A DNA stretch of 60,147 bases, the filler included. It is 5 parts of 5 records of this genome, joined end to end, with 100 filler letters (N's around TTAATTAATTAA, not from the genome) between each part and the next. Parts side by side here need not be neighbours in the genome. Positions count along the whole stretch, not along the records: positions 37,688 to 45,215 come from DRR723986_9021; positions 45,316 to 60,147 come from DRR723986_9047; 3 more parts are not named here. One strand, 5' to 3'. Made by a program: the position numbers and the translations under genes. Position 1 is the stretch's first letter. Each line of letters begins with the position of its first letter. This document shows positions 40,337-50,607 of the stretch, piece after piece. The notes below the pieces were generated by a model. That model did not search any database. It had not been told where the DNA came from and worked only from the letters and a program-made list of their open reading frames with translations.

Positions 40337-41719
40337 TCAATAGGTCCAGATATCCATTTCAGTTTCCAGCCCTCGAATGCCTTGGTCCGGGTGCAACTCG
40401 AAACCGGACACCAGATCTAGGCCAACGCTGGCCTCTCTCAGGACTTGCTCGCGCAACGCATTGCTCATAACGATGGCGACCCCATAGTCCCGTGTCACGG
40501 CCTCTAGCTTAGCTGCGACATTCACGGCATTTCCGATCACCGCAAACTCCAACCGATTTGCACCGATATCCCCAAGCACGGCCGAGCCATAGTGGACGCC
40601 GATCCCGACCTTAATTTCCGGCTCATTGAGGCGTCGGCGCTCCAAATTCCACTGTTCCATCACCCGTACCATGGCGCGAGCACAGGCCAGTGCATCTGTC
40701 GCATCTTTGGACCCCGGCATGGGCGTGCCAAACGTCGCCATCAAGCCATCGCCCAGATACTTGTCCAACGTGCCGCGGTGGCGAAACACTTCGGTTTCCA
40801 TCCGCGCATGAAACCCGCGCAGCAATTCGATCACCGCATATGGGTCGCGCCCCGCGGCAAACTTGGTGAACCCAACGATATCAATGAACAACACCGCGAC
40901 ATCGGCTTTGCGCACTTTCTTCAGCGGTTCATCATTTTGACTCAACTGCTCCACCACATTGGGTGAGAAATAGCGTGACAGGTTCGCGCGTTCTCGTTCT
41001 AATCCCGCATTGGACATCAAAAGCCGATTGAACCGACGGGCCGAAAACCCCAACGTGACTGCAACCAACAGAAAGACAATGATCTCTTGCACCCGGAGCG
41101 AGGGCATGACGCTGTTCGGGTTCATGAACTCAGCAACATCAGGGAACCCAGCAAAGGCGTCTGCAGAGCGCTCTGAAAGCCCCGCAATCGGTTTGGTAAA
41201 CCACCAGACGGCGATCCATCCGGTTGTCCACATGGCTGCCGTCCATGTCCCAATCGCAATCACCGTGCGCCAAGAATACGCCAGCGTACCCCCGGCTAGA
41301 ATGATGAAAAAGTATTGGAAATTGTCAAACCTGTACTGCATCGCAACGGGTCGGATATCATCGCTGAACGGATTGGGAATGATCATGCCCAATGTCATGA
41401 TCAACAAATCCAGAAACAGCAGCAGCAATTCGACCCCGGATTGACCAACGCGTCCCGCACGTCTGATCAGCCAGCCGTTGGCCGCGATCAACGCCAGAAT
41501 AAAATGGTAATACAGCACATCCCAGTTCGGATTGATGAACACCAAAAAGATGGCGATGATCGCCATCGCAATCCAGCGGGCCCGCACCGCCAGTTCAAGC
41601 CCTTCGCGTTTGTGGCGTTCCCAAACGGCCTCGGTGTATTGGTTCTGTATTTCAGGCTCGTCCGGCTGCGTTACAAACAAACGTTTCCGTTCAGGGGCTG
41701 ATGCGCTGATGTCGGACAT
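40337..41719 (-). CDS. Membrane-bound class III adenylate/guanylate cyclase
   Basis: Multi-TM N-half; LFIDIVGFT, DKYLGDGLMA, GIGVHYG, IGNAVNVAAKLE; AGGAG SD before ATG 41719. Confidence 0.9.
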   Translation of the reverse strand: MSDISASAPERKRLFVTQPDEPEIQNQYTEAVWERHKREGLELAVRARWIAMAIIAIFLVFINPNWDVLYYHFILALIAANGWLIRRAGRVGQSGVELLLLFLDLLIMTLGMIIPNPFSDDIRPVAMQYRFDNFQYFFIILAGGTLAYSWRTVIAIGTWTAAMWTTGWIAVWWFTKPIAGLSERSADAFAGFPDVAEFMNPNSVMPSLRVQEIIVFLLVAVTLGFSARRFNRLLMSNAGLERERANLSRYFSPNVVEQLSQNDEPLKKVRKADVAVLFIDIVGFTKFAAGRDPYAVIELLRGFHARMETEVFRHRGTLDKYLGDGLMATFGTPMPGSKDATDALACARAMVRVMEQWNLERRRLNEPEIKVGIGVHYGSAVLGDIGANRLEFAVIGNAVNVAAKLEAVTRDYGVAIVMSNALREQVLREASVGLDLVSGFELHPDQGIRGLETEMDIWTY

Positions 41720-41787
41720 TTTGTTCTCCTGCGGACTACTTGCAAGATAGGCGATCACACCGGCGCTCAACACCCCTATGTAACAAT

Positions 41788-41814
41788 AAAAAAACCCCGC
41801 CGAAAACGGCGGGG
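41788..41814 (-). terminator. Terminator after ccrM
   Basis: CCCCGCCG-TTTT-CGGCGGGG then T7 on minus strand. Confidence 0.85.
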
Positions 41815-41877
41815 CAAGGTGTAGTGCCATGGGTTAGACCACAGGCACCGGCGGTTTTCTTGATCTGTTGTTTGAAA

Positions 41878-43023
<1,146 letters not shown>

Positions 43024-43052
43024 TTAACCCTAGGATGAGTCAAAGAGGATTC
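43024..43052 (-). promoter_or_regulatory. Paired GANTC sites and TTAACC half-site upstream of ccrM
   Basis: GAGTC 43037-43041, GATTC 43048-43052, GGTTAACC around 43022-43029. Confidence 0.55.
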
Positions 43053-43088
43053 AGGGTCAAATTCTTTATTAAAACAGAGGCTTATGTT

Positions 43089-43706
43089 TTACTCTTGATA
43101 CAAGATATTGTGTACCGGCTTGAACGAACGCCTATGATGTGGGGTTACCCCGATATTTTGCAGCCCCTCGCGGTGCTGTTTGGTCGGATATCCCGCGTTC
43201 TTTTCCCACCCATAACCTGGATGCTGTTGCGCCAAATCCACCATGACACGATCCCGACACATTTTGGCCACAATTGAAGCCGCCGCGATGGAAACAGATC
43301 GACCGTCCCCCTTGACCACGGCCTCGGATGGAGTCCGCAACCCCTTTGGAATCAGGTTCCCGTCGATCAAAAGGTAGTCTGGAGGCGGGTCCAACGCGGC
43401 AACGGCGCGCTCCATCGCCAAATGTGACGCTTTTAAGATGTTGATTCGATCAATCTCTTCAACAGTGGCATGGGCGATGGAAACTTCGGCCTCTGCCATC
43501 AGGCTGGCTTCCAACATTTCACGCTTTTTGGCGCTCAACTTCTTGGAATCATTTAACCCTTGGGGGATCTGTGCGGGGTTCAGAATGACCGCCGCAGCCG
43601 TCACCGGGCCTGCCAATGGCCCCCGGCCAACTTCGTCCACCCCCGCAATGCGAAGATATCCTTGCGCGTGCAGCGCGCGTTCCAGTTCATAATCAGGCTG
43701 TGTCAT
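43089..43706 (-). CDS. rnhB: Ribonuclease HII
   Basis: AGVDEVGRGPLAGPV, DSKKL, LIDGN, KGD..SIAAASIVAK, HHRRSF. Confidence 0.97.
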   Translation of the reverse strand: MTQPDYELERALHAQGYLRIAGVDEVGRGPLAGPVTAAAVILNPAQIPQGLNDSKKLSAKKREMLEASLMAEAEVSIAHATVEEIDRINILKASHLAMERAVAALDPPPDYLLIDGNLIPKGLRTPSEAVVKGDGRSVSIAAASIVAKMCRDRVMVDLAQQHPGYGWEKNAGYPTKQHREGLQNIGVTPHHRRSFKPVHNILYQE

Positions 43707-43742
43707 GCCCTTGGGAAATCGCGTTTGGCCCAAATTGGCAAG

Positions 43743-43777
43743 AAAAAAGGGAGAAGGAGCTGTTTCCCCTCCTCCCC
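43743..43777 (-). terminator. Terminator after the 43817-44272 gene
   Basis: Minus strand GGGAGGAGGGG-AAACAG-CTCCTTCTCCC then T6. Confidence 0.6.
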
Positions 43778-43816
43778 GGCGGAACACCTTGTGACGGTGC
43801 CCTCGCTGCTCGACAC

Positions 43817-44272
43817 TTAATAGTTGTGGACGACCCGGTAGCCCTGCTGACGCAAGCAGCGTGGTTCATAAGCTTGTTTGGTGCGCTGCCCATTCCAGAA
43901 CGAAATTTTGCAGTACTGCGGCAAGCTGTTGGCATGGCGGTAATGTTTGCTCAGGCACTTTGGTTTCAGCAGGGCGCTGTTGCCGGGATATCCCTTCATC
44001 GGCTTTAGGCAGCGCCCAGGCAGGTCATAACGTGCGACGCGTGACGGGAGGGGGCGGCTGACCGGCGGGTGATAATCATGAGTGTCCCGTGACACGTCAT
44101 GAGAGCGGCGTTTCTTGCGCTTTTTGTGTTCGTTAACCGCAACACCGATGATGGCCAGTGCGGCGAGTCCCCCCAAAAGCTTTTCAGCATCCCCGGCCCG
44201 GGCTGGGGCGGCGGAAAAACCTGTAACCAGAATTGCGGTTGTTACGATTAAGGCGATGAACTTGCGGTGCAT
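43817..44272 (-). CDS. Hypothetical exported protein (basic, four Cys in C-half)
   Basis: Signal peptide ending PARA, hydrophobic LLGGLAALAIIG, LPGRC..PKCL..LPQYC..PRCL; AAAGGA SD. Confidence 0.7.
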   Translation of the reverse strand: MHRKFIALIVTTAILVTGFSAAPARAGDAEKLLGGLAALAIIGVAVNEHKKRKKRRSHDVSRDTHDYHPPVSRPLPSRVARYDLPGRCLKPMKGYPGNSALLKPKCLSKHYRHANSLPQYCKISFWNGQRTKQAYEPRCLRQQGYRVVHNY

Positions 44273-44383
44273 GGGGTGTCCTTTCGGGGTCCGTGGATCT
44301 GTGATTTGCCTCCCCCGACAAGCAGGGGTGTGGTGATGAGATCAAACTGGGCCACCCCCGTTCAGACAGGCAATATCGCGCCC

Positions 44384-44431
44384 TTGTTATTGGATATCAG
44401 CCACCCCAAAGCCCTGTTGTTATTGAATATC
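44384..44431. promoter_or_regulatory. 15-bp direct repeat TTGTTATTG[G/A]ATATC, 33-bp spacing, in divergent intergenic region
   Basis: Copies at 44384-44398 and 44417-44431, one mismatch. Confidence 0.55.
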
Positions 44432-44458
44432 CGCGCCTCACAGCGCAGAGTGACAGGC

Positions 44459-44746
44459 ATGAAACATTTCTTGCCCCTCCTCGCCTTCGCAGCCCTGTTT
44501 TTGGTCCAGTCCCCGGCACATGCCGCCGACTGTTATGCCGATTACAAAGCCAAACAAGACAGCCCCCTGCGCCTGCATTACGGCGTCATTGAAATCAGCA
44601 CGTGTTCTGCAAACCAAGCTGCCGCCGAAGCATCCGCCCGCTTGCAAGCGGCCGGCTGGACGTTGTTGAATGTCATCTCTGTCTTTGGTCCCGAGGGATT
44701 GCAGGAAAGGAAAGCGGATGCCGGATCCTACTATCTCCGTTTCTGA
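44459..44746 (+). CDS. Small exported hypothetical protein (95 aa, two Cys)
   Basis: Signal peptide ending PAHA then ADCYADYKAKQDSPLRLHYGV...GWTLLNVISVFG. Confidence 0.75.
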   Translation: MKHFLPLLAFAALFLVQSPAHAADCYADYKAKQDSPLRLHYGVIEISTCSANQAAAEASARLQAAGWTLLNVISVFGPEGLQERKADAGSYYLRF

Positions 44747-45215
44747 GGCACGTCGATCAGGCACGCGGCTTGTCGGCTTTGGCATTGCGGCCATTGTGGT
44801 GATCCTTGCGGTCACCGCTGTTTTTTTGGTTCTGACCCTACCAGACGCAAATGCCTTTAACGCGCGAGTCGAACGCGTGTTCATTGAAAACGATCTGACC
44901 ACGCAGGCAGAAATCAAACTGCTGGAAATTTTGGCCCAATCGGGCACAGCCTTTTCCGACACGCTGAGCAGCTATCGTATGGTCATATTTGTTCTGTTGG
45001 TGTTTGCGGCCGCGTTGCTGGTCGCGAGCTTTGTGTTCCTAATCATGTTGGTCACATTGAACCGGCGCATGGCCCAGATCGAACGCACCGGCATTCAGGT
45101 CAATTCGTTGCTTATTAGCCGTGAGGAAAACACCGTTTACCTCAACAACCTCGATTTCAAACTGACCCCAGCGGCGATTGAAACACTGTCGGTTCTGGCC
45201 GAGGCGCGGATGGAT
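44718..45215 (+). CDS. Membrane-anchored regulator: two TM helices then start of an OmpR/PhoB-type winged-helix domain (3'-truncated)
   Basis: TM LVGFGIAAIVVILAVTAVFLVLTL, loop, TM MVIFVLLVFAAALLVASFVFLIMLV, then LLISREENTVYLNNLDFKLTPAAIETLSVLAE. Confidence 0.6.
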
Positions 45216-45315
45216 NNNNNNNNNNNNNNNNNNNNNNNNNNNNNNNNNNNNNNNNNNNNTTAATTAATTAANNNNNNNNNNNNNNNNNNNNNNNNNNNNN
45301 NNNNNNNNNNNNNNN
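45216..45315. other. Artificial contig linker
   Basis: N44-TTAATTAATTAA-N44. Confidence 0.98.
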
Positions 45316-45759
45316 CAGCGCCCGGCCAATGGCCAGCATCTGCTGCTCGCCCCCCGACAGCAGGTTGCCCATGGCGCTGGCGCGCCCCTGCAATTCGGGA
45401 AACAGCGCAAACACCCGGTCAAGCCCCCATGGATCCGCCAGGCCCAGATGGTTCGAGGCGGTGGCAACCAGATTTTCGCGCACAGAAAGATTGGGAAAAA
45501 TCTGCCGCCCCTCAGGCACCAGGCCGATGCCCAAATTGGCAATGCGAAACGAGGGCCAGCCGGTGACATCTTGGCCATCAAACAGCACCTTGCCGCCACT
45601 GGCGCGCACGATGCCCAAAATCGTGTTGATCGTGGTGGTTTTGCCCATGCCATTGCGCCCCAAAAGCGTGGCCACCTGCCCCGCCTCTAGCGTCAAATCC
45701 ATGCCAAACAGCGCCTGCGATGTGCCATAATGCGCGGTTACTTGCGACAGCTGCAGCAT
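45316..45759 (-). CDS. HAAT-family ABC transporter ATPase (LivF-like; 3'-truncated)
   Basis: GRNGMGKTT, VPEGRQIF, LSGGEQQMLAIGRAL. Confidence 0.92.
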
Positions 45760-46514
45760 CAGAGCGCCTCGCTTTCTTCGCCCAAATAAGCGGCTTCTAC
45801 CTGTTTATTGGCGCGAATATCCGCAGGGCTGCCGGTGGCGATGATATGGCCATAAACCAGCACCGAAATACGATCGGCCAGCGCGAAAACCGCATCCATA
45901 TCGTGCTCGATCAGCACGATGGAATGCGCGCCCTTGATGCTTTGCAACAGCGCAATCATCGCGCGGCTTTCATCGCCGCCCAGGCCCGCCATCGGCTCGT
46001 CTAGCAGCATCAATTCGGCATCGGCTGCCAGCGCAATGGCAATCTCTATATGGCGGTGTTCGCCATGGCTTAGGGCGCGGGTGGGCATATGGGCCTTGTC
46101 TGCCAACCCCACGCGCGCCAAAAGCGCCATCGCCTTGTCGCGGATCTGGGCAATGCTGCGTTGCGCGCGGATAAAGCGAAACGAGCTGCCCTGATGCGCC
46201 TGCACAGCCAGCGCAACATTATCCAGCACGCTCATATCCATAATCAACGAGGTGATCTGGAATGACCGCGCCATGCCCAGCCCGGCACGCCTGTAAGGCG
46301 GCATGCGGGTGATATCGCGCCCCTTGAACAAGATCTGCCCGGCATCGGGGCGCAAGGTGCCACAAAGCTGCGAAATCAACGTGGTTTTACCCGCCCCGTT
46401 TGGCCCGATGATGGCGTGCAACTCGCCCTTTTCCACGCTCAGGTTCAGGTTATCGGTGGCCTTAAGCCCACCAAAGGCTTTCACCAGGCCGCGTGCCTCC
46501 AATACAGTGGTCAC
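45759..46514 (-). CDS. HAAT-family ABC transporter ATPase (LivG-like)
   Basis: GPNGAGKTT, RSFQ, LSHGE, LLDEPMAG, IEHDMD; GTG overlaps upstream stop. Confidence 0.92.
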   Translation of the reverse strand: MTTVLEARGLVKAFGGLKATDNLNLSVEKGELHAIIGPNGAGKTTLISQLCGTLRPDAGQILFKGRDITRMPPYRRAGLGMARSFQITSLIMDMSVLDNVALAVQAHQGSSFRFIRAQRSIAQIRDKAMALLARVGLADKAHMPTRALSHGEHRHIEIAIALAADAELMLLDEPMAGLGGDESRAMIALLQSIKGAHSIVLIEHDMDAVFALADRISVLVYGHIIATGSPADIRANKQVEAAYLGEESEAL

Positions 46515-47488
46515 TTTTTGCGCCCCCCAAACAGCCCCACAATGCCACCGCGCCCCCACAAGACCATGCCAATCAGCAACAGGCCAAAGGGCAGATGCCA
46601 GTAAATGGTCAGCGAGCCCAAGAACTCTTCCAGCAAGACAAAGGCCGTAGCGCCCAATACCGGGCCTGCCGTGGTGGCCGTGCCCCCCAGAATGACCATG
46701 AACATCAATTCACCAGAATTGGCCCAGCTCATCGTGTCGGGGCTGATGAATGTGGTGAAATTCGCCATCAGCGCCCCGGCATAGCCCGCCATCGCGCCCG
46801 AGATAACATAGGCGGTCAGCCGATAGAGATAGGTGTTAAAGCCCAGCATCACCACGCGCTCGTCGTTGCCCTTGGCGCCCTGCAGCACCATGCCAAAACG
46901 CGAGTTGGCAATCATCCGCACCAAAAGCACCGCCACCACCAGGCTGCCCCAAGCCAGCCAAAACAGCTGCAGCGGGTCATCCAGATTGACCAGCGGCAAT
47001 TCCGAGCGGGTATCGATGACCAAACCATCATCACCGCCATATTCCGAGATCGAGACAAAGGCGTAAAACGCCATCTGCGCAAAGGCCATCGTGATCATGA
47101 TGAAATAAACGCCCTTGGTGCGCAGGCAGATGGCCCCCGTCACCAGCGCAAATAACGCGCTGACCCCAACCGCCAAGGGGATCTGCACCAGCCCCGAAAC
47201 CGTGGCCAGGCCCCAGTCTTCCAGGCCCCCATAAAGCCAATGATGCGCCGGAATACCCACCGCATAGGCGCCCAGCCCCACATAGGCGGCATGCCCAAAC
47301 GAGATCATGCCACCATAGCCCAAAATCAGGTTCAGGCTAACAGCGGCAATGGCCAAAATCACCAGTCGCGTCGCCACATCCAGGTAAAAGGGCTGCCCCG
47401 CCCATTGCAAAATGGGCGGCACCAGCCCCAAAAGGCCCAGCACCAGCACGCTAAGCAGGGTTGTGCGCGAAAACCCAAAACCGCCCAT
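46511..47488 (-). CDS. HAAT-family ABC permease (LivM-like)
   Basis: SLNLILGYGGMISFGHAAY, GVYFIMITMAF, SRFG, MVILGG. Confidence 0.92.
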   Translation of the reverse strand: MGGFGFSRTTLLSVLVLGLLGLVPPILQWAGQPFYLDVATRLVILAIAAVSLNLILGYGGMISFGHAAYVGLGAYAVGIPAHHWLYGGLEDWGLATVSGLVQIPLAVGVSALFALVTGAICLRTKGVYFIMITMAFAQMAFYAFVSISEYGGDDGLVIDTRSELPLVNLDDPLQLFWLAWGSLVVAVLLVRMIANSRFGMVLQGAKGNDERVVMLGFNTYLYRLTAYVISGAMAGYAGALMANFTTFISPDTMSWANSGELMFMVILGGTATTAGPVLGATAFVLLEEFLGSLTIYWHLPFGLLLIGMVLWGRGGIVGLFGGRKK

Positions 47489-48411
47489 TATCGCACCTTC
47501 GGGGGAAACAGGCCCTGCGGACGCAAGGCCAGAACCACCGCCATAATAATGTAAATCAGCATCGCCGAAATGGCAGGGGCCGAGTTTTCCGCCGCCGCCG
47601 GCGACATGACCAGCTTGAACAGATCATCCAAATAGCTGCGCCCCAGCGTATCGATCAGCCCGATCAGCAAAGCCGCCACAAACGCCCCTTTCATCGACCC
47701 GATACCGCCCACGATAATCACCACAAACGCCGTGATGATAATGTTGTTGCCCATGCCCACATTGGCCTCGGTGATGGGGGCAATCAGCATGCCCGCCAGC
47801 CCCGCCAATGCCGCGCCCAGCGCAAAGACAAAGGCAAAAAGCAGCTCGATGTTAATGCCCAAGGCCCCCACCATCACCCGGTTCGAGGCGCCTGCCCGTA
47901 TCAACATGCCCAGCCGCGTGCGTGTGACCATCCAGTAAAGCCCGGCCGCGGCCACCAGCCCTGCCGCCACAATCACCAGGCGGTAGATGGGCAAAATCAG
48001 CGTTTCGCTCAGCGCCACCTGCCCATCCAGCCACGCAGGCAGCGGCACGGCAATGCCTTCGGGGCCCCAGATCAGATGCACCAGCGTTTCTAATACCAAA
48101 ATCAGGCCAAAGGTGGCCAACACATGATCCAGGTGGTCGCGCATATAAAGCGGGCGGGCGATAAACCGCTCGACCGCCCAACCCACAAGCGCGGTGATGG
48201 GCAGCGCCACGATGACGGCGAAAATGAAATTGCCCAAGGCAAAGGTCAGCGTGGCGCAGATAAAGGCGCCAATCATATATAGCGCGGCATGCGCCAGATT
48301 GACGAAATCCAAAATGCCAAAAACCAGCGTCAGCCCCGAGGCGACCAAAAACAGCAGCAGCCCCAGCTGCACGCCATTTAGCGCCTGAATGATGAAAAGG
48401 CTTAGATCCAC
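47488..48411 (-). CDS. HAAT-family ABC permease (LivH-like)
   Basis: ASGLTLVFG..VNLAH, TRLGMLIRA, VVIIVGGIGS, RPQGLF. Confidence 0.92.
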   Translation of the reverse strand: MDLSLFIIQALNGVQLGLLLFLVASGLTLVFGILDFVNLAHAALYMIGAFICATLTFALGNFIFAVIVALPITALVGWAVERFIARPLYMRDHLDHVLATFGLILVLETLVHLIWGPEGIAVPLPAWLDGQVALSETLILPIYRLVIVAAGLVAAAGLYWMVTRTRLGMLIRAGASNRVMVGALGINIELLFAFVFALGAALAGLAGMLIAPITEANVGMGNNIIITAFVVIIVGGIGSMKGAFVAALLIGLIDTLGRSYLDDLFKLVMSPAAAENSAPAISAMLIYIIMAVVLALRPQGLFPPKVR

Positions 48412-48427
48412 CCCATCGCCCCCCGCG

Positions 48428-48455
48428 AAAAAAACCGGCAGGCCATGCCTGCCGG
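48428..48455 (-). terminator. Intra-operon hairpin/terminator after the binding-protein gene
   Basis: CCGGCAGGC-ATG-GCCTGCCGG then T7 on minus strand. Confidence 0.75.
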
Positions 48456-48475
48456 CCCCTTGGTATGTGGTTGAT

Positions 48476-49654
48476 TTATTTCAGCGCGCACTCGGCCGCG
48501 AAGGGATCTTGGTGGTTTTCAAACACCGTCTGCGCCACGCGCGTGGTCCAGTTGCCCTCGGCGTCTTCTACAACTTCGCGCAGATAAAAGTTCTGAATGG
48601 GGAAGTTGTTATTGCCATAGCTGTAGCTGCCACGCACCGATGCGAAATCGGCCGCTTTCAGGGCTGCGCGCAAAGCGTCTTTGTCGGTGGTGTTGCCCAC
48701 TTTGGCCACAGCGCTGGCGATCAGGTTGATCGCGTCATAGGCTTGCGCCGCATAATAGGATGGGTATGCGCCATGTTTGGCACGGAAATCCGCCACGAAA
48801 CGCTTGTTTGCCTCATTATCCAGCGTTGGGTCCCATTCCTGCGTGGTCAGCGAGCCCAGCACCGCCTTAAACCCGGCCGCCTGCAAGCGCGGCAGCGACA
48901 GCGCATCTACCGTGAAGGTCGAATAAAGCGGCAGATCAGCCGACAGGCCCGCCTGGTCGTATTGCTTGATAAAGGCACCCGCCGCCGCGCCCGGGTAGAA
49001 GGCGAACAGCGCTTGCGCACCGCTGGCACGCGCCTTTGCCAGCTCGGCCGAGAAATCAAGCTGCGCATCTGCGCCCCATTTGGTCAGGTCTTGGCCCACG
49101 ATCTGGCCCTTGAAGGTCGAGGTGACACCCGCCACCATATCTTTGCCCGCGGCATAGTTTGGCGCCATCATATACAGCTTTTCGATGCCGCGCTGGTTTA
49201 GCACCTCGCCCATTGCCATGGGCGTTTGGTTGTTTTGCCACGAGGTCGAGAAAAAGTTTTCATGGCACAGCTTACCCGCCATCTGGCTGGGCCCGGCATT
49301 GGCCGAAATCAGGAACTTGCCCGCATCCAGCACCGATTTGCGCGATGCCAGCAACACATGCGACCAGATGTAGCCCGCAACGAAATCAACATCGTCTTGC
49401 TTCACCAGCTTGTCGGTGGCCTGTTTGCCGGCATCGGGGGCGAATTGATCGTCGCCAAAGATGATCTCGATATCCAGATTGCCGGCCTTGCCGCCCAAAT
49501 GCTCGACCGCCAGATTGACGGCGTTTTCCATGTCTTTGCCAATCACCGCGGCGGGTGTGGTCAGCGTGGTGACAAAGCCGATTTTCACGCTATCGGCCCA
49601 GCCAGCGCTTGCCAGCGCCGTTGCAGCAACCGCTGCCAGTAAAGTGCGTTTCAT
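48476..49654 (-). CDS. ABC substrate-binding protein (LivK-like fold, probably aromatic-acid binding)
   Basis: Signal peptide, KIGFVTTL, NAGPSQMAGKLCH..FFSTSWQN, APNYAAG, YAAQAYDA; substrate inferred from neighbours. Confidence 0.85.
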   Translation of the reverse strand: MKRTLLAAVAATALASAGWADSVKIGFVTTLTTPAAVIGKDMENAVNLAVEHLGGKAGNLDIEIIFGDDQFAPDAGKQATDKLVKQDDVDFVAGYIWSHVLLASRKSVLDAGKFLISANAGPSQMAGKLCHENFFSTSWQNNQTPMAMGEVLNQRGIEKLYMMAPNYAAGKDMVAGVTSTFKGQIVGQDLTKWGADAQLDFSAELAKARASGAQALFAFYPGAAAGAFIKQYDQAGLSADLPLYSTFTVDALSLPRLQAAGFKAVLGSLTTQEWDPTLDNEANKRFVADFRAKHGAYPSYYAAQAYDAINLIASAVAKVGNTTDKDALRAALKAADFASVRGSYSYGNNNFPIQNFYLREVVEDAEGNWTTRVAQTVFENHQDPFAAECALK

Positions 49655-49707
49655 TGTTACCTCCCAGTTTTTTTAAAAACCTACCGCCTTGCGACTACAT
49701 TGCAAGG

Positions 49708-50487
49708 TCATTCCCCTTTTGGCACCGAATGGGCCTTGCAAAAGGCCTGCAGCGTTGCCACCTCGGGCGCGCCGGGCTGAGCTGTGCTGGGGTCTACCCC
49801 CACCAGCGTCACAACCGCCTGCGCCTGCGCCTGCCAATCCAGAATTGGCGCGGCAATGGCCACCAAACCCGGGATGAACTGCCCATCAACCGATGCATAG
49901 CCCTGCGCGCGCACCGCCTGCGCCAGGGCGGCAACGCCGGCTTTGTTTGGCTTGGCATCTGGCAAAAGCGAGGGGTTTTGCGCCGCGCGGCGCAATTCGG
50001 CATCCAGCAGGGCCTGCGTGGCCTCTGGCGGCGCCCAGGCCAAAAATACCCGCCCCGTGGCCGAATTCAGCAGCGGCAGGCTGGTGCCCAAACCGATCGA
50101 TGTTACCGTCGGCGATATCCCGCGCTGCCAGCGCACCACCGTGGCCCCGCCACTGCCCCAGACAGCCAACAAAACGGTCATTCCGGTTTCGGCGGCCAGC
50201 GCCTTTAGCCCATCGGCGGTGTGGTTCACAAAATCCAGCCGTGACAACGCCGCAAGGCCCAGCTGCATGGCCTCTGGCCCCAGATCATATCGCCCCGAGC
50301 GCATTTCCTGGCTGACCAGCCCCGCCGCCAGAAACGAGGCCAAATACCGATGCACCTTGCTGGGCGGCATGGCGCAATCGCGGGCAATTTCCGACAGGCC
50401 CACAGGCCCATCGCGCCGCGCCATATGCGCCAACACCCGCATGGCTGCTTCTAATGATTTCAGCCCGGCACCAGCCTGCTCTGCCAT
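49708..50487 (-). CDS. IclR-family transcriptional regulator
   Basis: GLSEIARDCAMPPSKVHRYLAS, YDLGP, SATGRVFLA, AIAAPILD. Confidence 0.92.
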   Translation of the reverse strand: MAEQAGAGLKSLEAAMRVLAHMARRDGPVGLSEIARDCAMPPSKVHRYLASFLAAGLVSQEMRSGRYDLGPEAMQLGLAALSRLDFVNHTADGLKALAAETGMTVLLAVWGSGGATVVRWQRGISPTVTSIGLGTSLPLLNSATGRVFLAWAPPEATQALLDAELRRAAQNPSLLPDAKPNKAGVAALAQAVRAQGYASVDGQFIPGLVAIAAPILDWQAQAQAVVTLVGVDPSTAQPGAPEVATLQAFCKAHSVPKGE

Positions 50488-50533
50488 TCCCGCCCCCAAG
50501 AAAGCGCCGCATATCTTTTCCGCTTTAAGATAT

Positions 50534-50570
50534 TGTTTGCACGATTCAGAAAACATGTCTAGCTTTTCTG
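50534..50570. promoter_or_regulatory. Candidate IclR operator(s) in the divergent iclR/monooxygenase intergenic region
   Basis: Imperfect palindrome TGTTTGCACGATTCAGAAAACA (50534-50555) overlapping CAGAAAA-N10-TTTTCTG (50547-50570). Confidence 0.45.
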
Positions 50571-50607
50571 GGGTATGAACTGTGCATCTTTACCAAGGGG
50601 GGGGGTT

